Positions 44,816 to 54,514 of a DNA stretch of 64,000 bases are shown piece by piece. Both the position numbers and the translations under genes were made by a program. The stretch comes from an uncultured cyanobacterium (GTDB lineage Bacteria; Cyanobacteriota; Cyanobacteriia; Cyanobacteriales; Cyanobacteriaceae), in NCBI GenBank assembly GCA_963749915.1, contig CAVVOP010000025.1, forward strand, positions 1 through 64,000. Reading direction: 5' to 3'. Every line of letters begins with the position of its first letter. Position 1 is the first letter of the stretch. Under the pieces are notes generated by a model. That model searched no databases. It was not told the origin of the DNA and saw only the letters and a program-made list of their open reading frames with translations.

Positions 44816-45105
44816 AAACTCACCGCTTCAGCCAAAACTCGCTCTCGGATATACCAATGTAAACCCTTCTCCGTCACCACATCCACTTTTCGCCCTAATA
44901 ATTCCTCCAAGTCAATAATTAATCCCGTAGGAAACCAAGAGGAAGTGCGGTTTAAGTCATAATCAATCAAAAAGTCAATATCACTTTCTGGGGTATCCTC
45001 ACCCTTGACTACCGAACCAAAAACACGCACATTAAAAGCCCCATGTTGTTCTGCTAAATCTAAAATTTCTTGGCGTTTTTCTTTTAGTAATTCTTGTAAA
45101 GACAT
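44812..45105 (-). CDS. MNT nucleotidyltransferase antitoxin
   Basis: VRVFGSVVKGEDTPESDIDFLI, LGRKVDVVT. Confidence 0.9.
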   Translation of the reverse strand: MSLQELLKEKRQEILDLAEQHGAFNVRVFGSVVKGEDTPESDIDFLIDYDLNRTSSWFPTGLIIDLEELLGRKVDVVTEKGLHWYIRERVLAEAVSL

Positions 45106-45110
45106 AATTT

Positions 45111-45419
45111 TTATCCCTCAAACCAATTGTAAATTTCTAAGTCCTGAAAGTCGGCAAAATCTTTAACATTATTAGTAACTAATACCAACTCTCGCCCCGG
45201 ACTTTTGTCTCTTAAATCAGCAAAATCATCATCCGTAAAGACAATACCATCTTTTTCAATCCTTTCTCTAAACTTCAATAAACCTTGCCAAAAAAGCTCC
45301 CCATTATCCTGTTGATTAACAACTTCTTTCTTTAATCGTTGCTCAAGGATATTAAATAATGAAACTTGTTCCTCTGGAGATAAATCATCCAAACCTTGGA
45401 TCATTTCTTGTAACTTCAT
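45111..45419 (-). pseudogene. Antitoxin fused by deletion to the C-terminus of a VapC toxin
   Basis: Antitoxin end DFADLRDKSPGRE joined in frame to PIN tail LVLVTNNVKDFADFQDLEIYNW. Confidence 0.7.
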
Positions 45420-45700
45420 TTATACACCTCATCATGACTACCAATATCAATCAATAAAATCACTATTTCTAAAAATTCTCCCTCTTCTGAGAAATCAAAA
45501 ATAATTCTGCAATCATAAGTAACAGAACAAGACTAAAGACCAGCCAAATTACCACTTAGTTTATAGGATTTAAGAGAAGGAGTAAATGGATCATCAGCTA
45601 AAAGCCTAAGCACAGCAAAAATTTTATTTTTTAACCGAGGATTTTTTTTGATAACTTTTTTATAAGAACGCTTAAAACCTTTACTCCAAACAACCTTCAT
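45416..45700 (-). pseudogene. RelE/YafQ-type toxin with nonsense mutation
   Basis: MKVVWSKGFKRSYKK...LAGL*SCSVTYDCRII...DIGSHDEVYK; TAG at 45533-45535 where the paralog at 46626 has W. Confidence 0.88.
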
Positions 45701-45932
45701 CTTCAGCCTCGCTCAAATCAGCAATCAAATCATCCACTGTTCCTACTTTAGCAGTACCAGAAGGGGTCAGCGTAGCTGCACCTTTGGCGATCGCTTCTTT
45801 TAATTCACGAGCATTAGCCAAAATTTCCGCCTCCCTTGTCTTCGCTCGATGTTGACGCAGAATTTCTAACAAATCATCTTGTTCGTCTGGGGACAACTTT
45901 TCAAAAGACTTAATCATTTCTGCGATTGTCAT
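45681..45932 (-). CDS. Putative antitoxin (paralog of 46904..47122)
   Basis: LSPDEQDDLLEILR...REAEILANA...GTAKVGTVDDL. Confidence 0.75.
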   Translation of the reverse strand: MTIAEMIKSFEKLSPDEQDDLLEILRQHRAKTREAEILANARELKEAIAKGAATLTPSGTAKVGTVDDLIADLSEAEDEGCLE

Positions 45933-46014
45933 TACTCCACCTCCCAAGCAAAACTAACATTATCCATCCTCTCGAATACCAAAAAAACGCCATTACCGCA
46001 GATTTCCTCCAAAA

Positions 46015-46248
46015 TCAACCAGAAAAAGCAAAAACATCAACCAGAATTGATCTTTGAGGTGATGGATTATTATTGAGCATTAAACGAATATTCTCTGCTG
46101 TTTCTGCGGTAAAGATTATTTCTCCACAACGAGAGCATACTTGTGCTGGGATATTTTCCACCAAAACTAACTTATCATTCAAATTAAAAGTTTGATTAAC
46201 CAGAGTTTCCTGCCAATCATTAGCATTACAAACATGACAATTATCCAT
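46015..46248 (-). CDS. YgiT-type zinc finger protein
   Basis: CHVC...VENIPAQVCSRCGE. Confidence 0.85.
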   Translation of the reverse strand: MDNCHVCNANDWQETLVNQTFNLNDKLVLVENIPAQVCSRCGEIIFTAETAENIRLMLNNNPSPQRSILVDVFAFSG

Positions 46249-46559
46249 TATGTCCTCCTTTGTTTATAATTAATCCATTCTTCAGACGATGGTTCATATA
46301 AAGTAATAATAGTTAAAAATTCTCCTTCTTTTCTCGATACCTGCAAATGTAAAACCCGATTATTAATTGTTAACCCTAATAGCAAACAACTAGGAGAATA
46401 TTTATCATCTGGGTAATTTTCAATAATAATCGCATTTTTTCCCGTTTCTTTAATCTCCTCTAAACTTATATTTCTCTCTACCAAACGCTGTAAACTATGA
46501 CGGGTAAATTGAATTTTGCCCTTAGTTAGTTGTTGCCTAATTTGCTTAAGGGATTTCAT
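46248..46559 (-). CDS. DUF4258 domain protein (putative toxin)
   Basis: FTRHSLQRLVERNI...IENYPDDKYSPSCLLLG...ITLYEP. Confidence 0.85.
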   Translation of the reverse strand: MKSLKQIRQQLTKGKIQFTRHSLQRLVERNISLEEIKETGKNAIIIENYPDDKYSPSCLLLGLTINNRVLHLQVSRKEGEFLTIITLYEPSSEEWINYKQRRT

Positions 46560-46625
46560 CAAAAATCTCCCAAAGAAAAACCGACTTTCTCTAAATGTAT
46601 TCTAATCCCGTTGCCAATAGACACC

Positions 46626-46907
46626 TTAGTAAACTTCATCATGACTACCAATATCAACTAAAACAATCAAATCTTCCCTCGTCATAGGATCTTGCTTGAA
46701 AGCAAAAACAATTCGATAATTATAAGTAACCGAACAAGACCATAATCCTTTTAGTTGTCCTGTTAGCTTGTGAGACTTCAAAGAAGGTGTAAAAGGATCT
46801 TCTTCTAACAGTTGCAAAGTCTCTAAAATCTTATCTTGTAATTGGGGATTTTTTTTGACTAACCGTTTAAAATTCCTTTTAAAAATCTTCTCGGTTACTA
46901 AAATCAT
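46626..46907 (-). CDS. RelE/YafQ-family mRNA interferase toxin
   Basis: DPFTPSLKSHKLTGQLKGLWSCSV...DIGSHDEVY. Confidence 0.88.
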   Translation of the reverse strand: MILVTEKIFKRNFKRLVKKNPQLQDKILETLQLLEEDPFTPSLKSHKLTGQLKGLWSCSVTYNYRIVFAFKQDPMTREDLIVLVDIGSHDEVY

Positions 46908-47122
46908 TCTTCCTCATCCTCTAACAAATAAGCCTTTAGATCTTCAAAAGTTCCTTTTTTAGCTGTTCCCTTTTCTAAGGCATTAAATGCTTGTTGAGCA
47001 TTAGATGCAATTTCAGTTCGTCGAGCCTCAATGCGACGTTTACGAAGCAACTCAAATAATTCCTCTTGATCTTCTACAGATAAAACCTCGATCGCTTCTA
47101 CTATTTCTTGATAAGTCATCAT
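46904..47122 (-). CDS. Putative antitoxin
   Basis: ATGA overlap with the toxin; LSVEDQEELFELLRKRRIE. Confidence 0.75.
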   Translation of the reverse strand: MMTYQEIVEAIEVLSVEDQEELFELLRKRRIEARRTEIASNAQQAFNALEKGTAKKGTFEDLKAYLLEDEEE

Positions 47123-48095
47123 AAAAATTCCTCCATCGAAAAACCTACTTTCTCTAACTGTATTTTAATCTCTTAATCCAAAGCCAAGCCTTCGCGCATT
47201 TGTTCTGCCAACTCCTGCGTTAAAGCCTCCATCTTCTCCTCAAAAGGTATGCCATCATCCTCTTCATCAGGAATTCCCACATAACGCCCCGGAGTCAAGA
47301 CAAAATTACGCTTTTCAATCTCCGCTAACGTTGCCGACTTACAAAAACCCTTAACATCTCTATAACTCCCCTCGCCTTTTGGGAGAGGGTCTGGGGGTGA
47401 GGGCTTCTTCTTCCACTCATGATAAGTATCAGCAATTTTGGCAATATCTTCATCACTAAAAGCCCGATTACGGCGATTAACCATATAACCCAACTCCGAG
47501 GCATCAATAAATAACACCTCACCCTTACGCGATCGACTCTTATTGCCGTTTTTATAGCGACTGAGGAACCATAAACAAGCAGGAATCCCCGTATTATAAA
47601 AAAGCTGGGTGGGCAACATCACAATACAGTCCACCAAATCAGCCTCTACTAAAGCCTTACGAATATCTCCCTCACCACTGGTATTAGATGATAACGAACC
47701 ATTAGAGAGGACAAACCCAGCCGAACCCGTAGGGGATCTGACTTTTCACGGCATTTCTGAAAACCCGTTCAAATAAGGGTTTCCCTCCCAGGCTGATTCT
47801 CAATAATCTCTGCTTAATGATAATGGACAACGAAAGAGTCTGGCTTGGAGAGGGGGAATTTGGCGATCGCCTGAGAGCAGAAAAAGATCCCGTGAAAAGT
47901 CAGTTCATAAATCCCTTCTCCTGCGATTAACTTCTGGTGCAACTCCTCAAAAGCATCCGAGATGTATTTGAGAAAGATTAAACCCAAGACAATGTGCTTA
48001 TATTCTGCCGCATCAATATTTTTGCGGAGTTTATCTGCTGATTTCCAGAGTTTTTGTTCAAAAGTATCGGTATCTGCTTGTTTTTTCTTTGGCAT
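47119..48095 (-). pseudogene. hsdM: Type I R-M methyltransferase subunit M, disrupted
   Basis: [36 protein letters not shown] at 47738-47903 replaces the centre; [11 protein letters not shown]...[12 protein letters not shown]...LTPGRYVG; premature TAA at 47173, tail EIKIQLEKVGFSMEEFL*. Confidence 0.9.
47738..47903. mobile_element. 166-bp MITE, same terminal-repeat family as 21177-21731
   Basis: CTGACTTTTCACGG...CCGTGAAAAGTCAG, perfect 14-bp inverted repeat; no target duplication. Confidence 0.88.
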
Positions 48096-48388
48096 TTGAG
48101 TACATTATGGACTTTCCAAATTTTATCAGAATAAATCCAGACAACTTTTTTGCTTCCTTACATATCGTTACATCTTGGATAACAAAGTGATGATTTAAAA
48201 GTAAGATAAAATAAGTCAAATTACGCATAGTCAAATTAGGCGTAGTCAAATTAACAGTCTATTCACACCCTATGGTTCTGAACAATTCTTTGAAGCAGGT
48301 GAGCAACAATTAGAACAAGAAATCAAACTGCTCCAAATCCCAAGAACCTCATCAGACCAACTTTTACCTAAAGTTCCAGAAGAGCGTT

Positions 48389-48481
48389 ATATCAAATCCG
48401 GCTGAACAACCTCACTAAAAATAAGATTGAAGCCTTGTATTTACTACATCGCATATATGTACAATTTAGCGGATTTGATAT
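48389..48481. mobile_element. Short MITE with ATATCAAATCCG inverted ends
   Basis: ATATCAAATCCG at 48389-48400 and CGGATTTGATAT at 48470-48481; lone matching end at 37239-37251. Confidence 0.65.
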
Positions 48482-48500
48482 TACTGGACCGATGTTCTAG

Positions 48501-49580
48501 CTACAATTGTTTTGATAAATAATCCGCCGTTGATTCCACCAGTGCGATCGCTTGTTCGTAAGCCATACGAGTAGGTCCAATAATACCAACACTCCCGGCA
48601 GGATATTCTCCTTGATAATAATAGGCAGAAATAAGACTACAAGACTGCATTGATTCTAAAGGATTTTCTGAGCCGATGCGAATTTTTACTTTTTGCCAAG
48701 AATTATCATATTCACTAACATTAAAAACTAAAGATAAAAGCTGATCTTGTTCTTTTTCTAGTAAATTTAATAGTATTTTTACCTGTTCTATATGAGAAAA
48801 TTCGGGTTGTTGTACTAATTTAGAAAAACCTTGAATCAAAATAGGAGTAGCATTAGATAGACGATAGCTTGATTTTATTTGTGTTAATAAATTGTTAATA
48901 AAATTAGCATAAATTTGAAAATCTTCGTTTAATTCACTCCAATCTAAATTACTTATTTCCGTGAGAGATTGACCTTTTAATTTATGGTTTAGAAAATTGG
49001 ATAAAATTTCTAATTCTCGATTGATTATCTCCCTAGAATCATCATCATGGGGAATTTTTAACTGATTACTTTCCAATAAAATCGATTCACTTTGATAATT
49101 GTCAATCACCATCACTAACATGATTTTATCATTAGCTAACCTCAGCAATTGTAAATGATAAAGGATATTACTAGCAATTTGAGGTAAAGTAATTAAAGCA
49201 ATATAGCCACTCAAATCGGCTAAAGTATTGGTGATTTTTTGAAAGAGAATTTCATAACGACTGAGGCTTGTTTTAATGTTAGAATCAACAAATTGATCAA
49301 GGGGAAATTTAATAGAATTGTCAACATTAATTAATTGATCAACATAAACACGATAACCTGAGTCAGAGGGAATTCTTCCTGCTGAAGTGTAAGGCTGATA
49401 TAGAAAACCTGCCTTTTCCAATTTTCCCATAACATTACGAACAGTGGCAGAACTGACACGAAAATTATATTCATCAATCAAAGTTTTCGAGCCAACAGGT
49501 TCAGCCGTAGCGATATAATGTTTTACGGTAGCCTGTAAAATTTTTTGATGGCGTTCATTGAGCGTGATTTGAACAGTCAT
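48501..49580 (-). CDS. hrcA: Heat-inducible transcription repressor
   Basis: YIATAEPVGSK, SSATVRN, TSAGRIPSDSGYRVYVD, GPTRMAY. Confidence 0.95.
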   Translation of the reverse strand: MTVQITLNERHQKILQATVKHYIATAEPVGSKTLIDEYNFRVSSATVRNVMGKLEKAGFLYQPYTSAGRIPSDSGYRVYVDQLINVDNSIKFPLDQFVDSNIKTSLSRYEILFQKITNTLADLSGYIALITLPQIASNILYHLQLLRLANDKIMLVMVIDNYQSESILLESNQLKIPHDDDSREIINRELEILSNFLNHKLKGQSLTEISNLDWSELNEDFQIYANFINNLLTQIKSSYRLSNATPILIQGFSKLVQQPEFSHIEQVKILLNLLEKEQDQLLSLVFNVSEYDNSWQKVKIRIGSENPLESMQSCSLISAYYYQGEYPAGSVGIIGPTRMAYEQAIALVESTADYLSKQL

Positions 49581-49890
49581 CTTCGGGTATATTGGTTTTT
49601 AGTAAAATAGTATTGAATTAAGATTTTTTTTATATTTTGCTAGTATAGCAATGAAAATCCCATTCGTAGTTGATAATGGCTTTAGTTTTGTTGGGGAAAG
49701 AATTTTTCACAGGGGGAAATCTGACAAGGCTAAGTTTTTAATATTTGGGTGAAGATGAGGGGGATAGCCTCCTGTAGCCCTTAGTTTCGGTTGAGTCATG
49801 AAACCCCACATTATATTTGTTAATGTTATTTGTTCGGTTGCACTTTGTTTAACCCAACCTAGCTAGATTATCTTGATACCAAGTCAAAAT

Positions 49891-51441
49891 TTAAGATTTA
49901 ACCGTAGCACCAAAATCGGAGATCAATAAATCTTTTAAAACGGACTTGAGATCGTCACAGGGAATACTTTTTTGCTTTAACTCCCCTAAATGTGCATCTT
50001 TACCGACTTTCCCCCCCATAAATAAATTAACTCCCTCTACTACTTGACCATCTTTTTTGGCTTTGGTACCCATTAAACCTATATCCCCAGCTTGAGCTTG
50101 TCCGCAAGAGTTAGGGCAACCTGTCCAATGAATCCGTACTCTTTCAGGTATATTTAATTCAGCGTCTAATTCTTGGGCTAATTTTAATCCTCTTTCTTTG
50201 GTTTCCACTAAGGCAAAGTTGCAATAACGAGCGCCTGTACAGGAAATGAGAGATCGAGTTAAAGGGGTGGGATTGACAGGATAACGTTGTAAAATAGGCT
50301 CAGCTAAAAAGGCTTCTACTTTTTCATCGGCGACAAAAGGGATGATAAAATTTTGTTCTACCGTTGCCCGAATTTCGCCGTTACCATAAACATCAGCCAA
50401 ACGGGCAATATCGTACATTCCCTGAGCATCCAAACGTCCCACGGGGATATGAATACCGATATAATTGTACCCCTCTTGGATTTGAGGATGGACTCCTAAA
50501 TGATCCCGTTTTTCCATGGTATATTCATCTTTAGGAGCGGAAAAATAGAGAGATTTTCCTAACTTTTTCTCTACCTCTAAACGAAATCGATTCATCCCCC
50601 ATTTATCCACTAACCACATTAAACGAGATTTACCCCGATTTTCCCTTAAACCTTCTTCTAAACCATTCTCACTATAAACTGAGAGAATCGCTGCCGATAA
50701 TTCGATGACTTCATCGTTAGGTTTGACCCAAACATCCATGGGAATAGATTCTGCACAACGTTGTGCTGATAAATAACCACCGATTAAGACATTAAAGCCA
50801 AATTCATCGTCTTTAAAAGCAGGGATAAAAGCAATATCATTGATTTCTGCGTGAATAGAATTATCCCTAGCACCATCAATGGCAATGTTCAACTTACGGG
50901 GTAAATTACTAAATTCGTAACTACCCTGACCTTTATTTGTAATCAAATCTTGTAACTCTTGATTTAACTCCCTGGTGTCAAATAACTCATCGGGGTCAAT
51001 ACCTGCCACTGGAGAGCCTGTTAAGTTACGAACATTATCCATTCCTGATTGAACGGAAGTCATACCCACAGCCTCTAATTTTTCGAAAATTTCGGAGATA
51101 TCCTCAAGATGTACTCCCCTTAATTGGATATTTTGACGGGTGGTAACATCTGCACTACCATCATCCCCATAACGCTCAATGATTTCTGCCAAAGTGCGCA
51201 TTTGCTCACTGGTGAAAATACCATTAGGAATACGCAAGCGCAACATGAATTTACCCGGAGTTACGGGGCGAAAAAAGATACCTAACCACTTTAAACGTAC
51301 GATTAAATCATCTTGGTCCATTGCTTCCCAACCCATGTTGGCAAAAGATTCTAATTCTTGTTTAACATCTAAACCGTGTTTAGCGGCTTTAACTTTTTCA
51401 ATTTTATTTAATTTAATTTTTGTATTGGTAGCAATAGTCAT
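49891..51441 (-). CDS. nirA: Ferredoxin--nitrite reductase
   Basis: SCTGARYCNFA and WTGCPNSCGQ siroheme/4Fe-4S motifs. Confidence 0.95.
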   Translation of the reverse strand: MTIATNTKIKLNKIEKVKAAKHGLDVKQELESFANMGWEAMDQDDLIVRLKWLGIFFRPVTPGKFMLRLRIPNGIFTSEQMRTLAEIIERYGDDGSADVTTRQNIQLRGVHLEDISEIFEKLEAVGMTSVQSGMDNVRNLTGSPVAGIDPDELFDTRELNQELQDLITNKGQGSYEFSNLPRKLNIAIDGARDNSIHAEINDIAFIPAFKDDEFGFNVLIGGYLSAQRCAESIPMDVWVKPNDEVIELSAAILSVYSENGLEEGLRENRGKSRLMWLVDKWGMNRFRLEVEKKLGKSLYFSAPKDEYTMEKRDHLGVHPQIQEGYNYIGIHIPVGRLDAQGMYDIARLADVYGNGEIRATVEQNFIIPFVADEKVEAFLAEPILQRYPVNPTPLTRSLISCTGARYCNFALVETKERGLKLAQELDAELNIPERVRIHWTGCPNSCGQAQAGDIGLMGTKAKKDGQVVEGVNLFMGGKVGKDAHLGELKQKSIPCDDLKSVLKDLLISDFGATVKS

Positions 51442-51621
51442 GCTATAACCTCTTTTAATATATTGATTTTAGCCTCCCTGTCCCCAAATCTAAAGGGAAT
51501 TGGGCGATGATCCCCTTAACCGATGAATCAATGATATGATCTATCTGCAAGGGGAAATTCAAGTCCTCCAGGTTTGGAGGATTTATGAGTCCAATGATTG
51601 AGTGAGTCTTATGGAGAACAG

Positions 51622-51713
51622 ATTATAAATTTAGCTCTCAATATTTTGTAACGTTTAATACTGAATATCTTTATGTGAACTATTATTACATAAGTTTTAT
51701 GTGTTTTTTGCAT
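51622..51713 (-). promoter_or_regulatory. NtcA-type nirA promoter with possible NtcB (LysR) site
   Basis: GTA-ACGTTTAA-TAC at 51648-51661; TATAAT on the minus strand at 51622-51627; AT-N11-AT at 51699-51713. Confidence 0.75.
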
Positions 51714-51935
51714 AAACAGTACAAGGAAAAAGCCTGAAAAATGATAACACATTATCATTTTCGAGTAGTTAAACAGAAAAAACTTTAATTTTACTTAAAA
51801 ATGGTTTATTTTATGGTTAAGTTTATTTAAAATGTATTCTTCAAACCTCAAAAATTTCTCTATTTTTCAAGAACTGTACAAGATCTCAGTAAAATAGATT
51901 GATTATATAAAAATAAAAAGACTAAGGAGATAATT

Positions 51936-53240
51936 TTGGTTAATACAGTATCATTTAAAACCACAAAATCAGAAGAAATTTTTACCGCTGCTCAAAAACT
52001 GATGCCCGGAGGGGTAAATTCCCCCGTGAGAGCTTTTAAATCCGTCGGTGGACAACCTATTATTTTTGATAGAGTAAAAGGGGCTTATATTTGGGACGTA
52101 GATGAAAATAAATATATTGATTATGTAGGCTCATGGGGACCAGCAATTTGTGGCCACGCCCACCCAGAAGTAATTAATGCTTTAAAAGAAGTTTTAGAAA
52201 AAGGTACAAGTTTTGGTGCACCTTGTGTATTAGAAAATATCCTCGCCGAAATGGTAATTGATGCGGTACCCAGTATTGAAATGGTTCGTTTTGTCAATTC
52301 CGGTACAGAGGCTTGTCTTTCGGTTTTACGATTGATGCGTGCTTATACGGGTAAAAATAAAATTATTAAGTTTGAGGGATGTTATCATGGTCATGGTGAT
52401 ATGTTCCTAGTACAAGCGGGATCTGGGGTGGCTACTTTAGGTTTACCCGATTCTCCTGGTGTGCCCAAATCCGTCACTGCTGATACTTTAAACGCTCCCT
52501 ACAACGATTTAGAAGCGGTTAAAAAACTGTTTGCCGAACATAAAGGCGAAATTGCAGGGGTTATTCTTGAGGCGGTAGTAGGTAATTCTGGGTTTATTCC
52601 CCCCGATGGCGGCTTTTTAGAAGGTTTAAGAGTAATTACCCAGGAAAATGATGCTTTGTTAGTTTTTGATGAAGTAATGACAGGTTTCCGTATTTCCTAT
52701 GGTGGTGCACAGGCAAAATTCGGCGTTACTCCTGATTTAACTACGTTGGGGAAAATCATTGGCGGTGGTCTACCTGTGGGTGCTTATGGTGGTAAAAAAG
52801 AGATTATGGAGTTAGTTGCACCATCAGGTCCTATGTACCAAGCGGGAACATTGTCGGGGAATCCTTTAGCCATGACAGCAGGAATTAAAACCCTAGAATT
52901 ATTACAAAAACCTGGTACTTATGAATATTTAGAAAAAATCACCCATGAGTTAATTACAGGATTATTAGATGTCGCCAGAAAAGCAGGTCATGAAGTAACA
53001 GGCAGTAACATTAGTGCTATGTTTGGAATGTTTTTCACTGGTAACCCAGTCCATAACTATAGTGATGCAAAAAAATCTGATGGGGCTAAGTTTGGACGTT
53101 TTCATCGAGGAATGTTAGAAAGAGGGGTTTATTTCGCACCTTCTCAATTTGAAGCTGGTTTTACTTCCATCGCTCATACAGAAGATGATATTAAACAAAC
53201 CTTAGCGGCGGCGGAAGAAGTACTTAACAATTTAAGTTAG
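51936..53240 (+). CDS. hemL: Glutamate-1-semialdehyde 2,1-aminomutase
   Basis: [33 protein letters not shown]. Confidence 0.97.
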   Translation: MVNTVSFKTTKSEEIFTAAQKLMPGGVNSPVRAFKSVGGQPIIFDRVKGAYIWDVDENKYIDYVGSWGPAICGHAHPEVINALKEVLEKGTSFGAPCVLENILAEMVIDAVPSIEMVRFVNSGTEACLSVLRLMRAYTGKNKIIKFEGCYHGHGDMFLVQAGSGVATLGLPDSPGVPKSVTADTLNAPYNDLEAVKKLFAEHKGEIAGVILEAVVGNSGFIPPDGGFLEGLRVITQENDALLVFDEVMTGFRISYGGAQAKFGVTPDLTTLGKIIGGGLPVGAYGGKKEIMELVAPSGPMYQAGTLSGNPLAMTAGIKTLELLQKPGTYEYLEKITHELITGLLDVARKAGHEVTGSNISAMFGMFFTGNPVHNYSDAKKSDGAKFGRFHRGMLERGVYFAPSQFEAGFTSIAHTEDDIKQTLAAAEEVLNNLS

Positions 53241-53532
53241 AGTCATAATTTCTCTAGGGATGGGGCTTATAATGAGTGTGTATAAGCGCTCTTACTCACT
53301 TTTGGTGAGCAATCAAAGAGGCAGAAGGTTTTTACCGAATTAAAGCACTTAAGAAAAAGCTTAACTTAATGGAGGTTTTACTCAGAGGGCTAGCTATTTT
53401 AGCAAAGTAAATAAGAACTAATTCGGAGATAATTTGAGATATTTTGAGCTAAATATGGTCATAACTTCTTCTCACTTCTTGCTTATCCCTCCTCCTGCCC
53501 CACAGTATCAATAGATCGAAACAAAATTCATT

Positions 53533-54462
53533 ATGACTAACATTACTATTCTTGGTTCGGGTGTATGGGGTAACGCACTAGGTTACTTATTAAAACATGC
53601 CCAACATTCTTATCAAATTTGGGGACGAAATTCTTTACATTCGTTAGAATCGTTGACAGTAGAGGCGGATATTATCATCTCGGCGGTGTCCATGAAGGGT
53701 GTTAGGGAAATTATTACTCGGTTGCAGGGGATTAAGTTTAAAGAAGATGCCATTATTGTGACGGCTACTAAAGGCTTGGATTTAGAAACTACCAACACTC
53801 CATCTCAAATTTGGCAAGAGGCTTTTCCTGATCACTCTATTGTCGTGTTATCTGGTCCTAATTTATCAAAAGAGATTAAAATGGGTTTACCGGCGGCGAC
53901 GGTGGTTTCTAGTGGTAATATTGCGGCGGCGGAGTTTGTACAAAATATTTTTGCTTCGGATACTTTCCGAGTATACGTTAATAATGATCCCCTCGGTACG
54001 GAATTAGGCGGCACGTTAAAAAATGTTATGGCGATCGCATCGGGGGTATGTGATGGGTTAAAATTAGGCACAAATGCAAAGGCTGCGTTATTAACAAGGG
54101 CATTACCTGAGATGATTAGAGTAGGAACCCATTTAGGTGCGTCGAAGGAAACTTTTTTCGGTTTGTCAGGATTGGGGGACTTATTGGCAACTTGTGATAG
54201 TTTATTGTCTCGGAATTATCAAGTAGGAATGGGATTAGCACAAGGAAAATCTTTAGAAGAAATTTTAGATAATTTAGAAGGCACAGCCGAAGGAATTAAT
54301 ACCACTAATGTGTTAATAAAATTAGCTCATCAACAAAAAATTTCTGTACCCATTGCTTATCAAGTTTATTTGTTATTAAAAGGTAAAATTAGTCCCCAAG
54401 AAGCCGTTAAAAATTTGATGGCAAGGGAGTTAAAAGATGAATTTTGTTATATTCAGTTTTAA
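53533..54462 (+). CDS. gpsA: NAD(P)H-dependent glycerol-3-phosphate dehydrogenase
   Basis: GSGVWG, LSGPNL, GLSGLGDLLATC..LSRNY. Confidence 0.93.
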   Translation: MTNITILGSGVWGNALGYLLKHAQHSYQIWGRNSLHSLESLTVEADIIISAVSMKGVREIITRLQGIKFKEDAIIVTATKGLDLETTNTPSQIWQEAFPDHSIVVLSGPNLSKEIKMGLPAATVVSSGNIAAAEFVQNIFASDTFRVYVNNDPLGTELGGTLKNVMAIASGVCDGLKLGTNAKAALLTRALPEMIRVGTHLGASKETFFGLSGLGDLLATCDSLLSRNYQVGMGLAQGKSLEEILDNLEGTAEGINTTNVLIKLAHQQKISVPIAYQVYLLLKGKISPQEAVKNLMARELKDEFCYIQF

Positions 54463-54514
54463 ACAAATAATTATTGATAGGGCATCAGGGAAGTGTGGAA
54501 TTACTATAATTAAC

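Noticed and set aside
49581..49890. CIRCE element upstream of hrcA
   Set aside because: No TTAGCACTC-N9-GAGTGCTAA match; only degenerate REP-like sequences.
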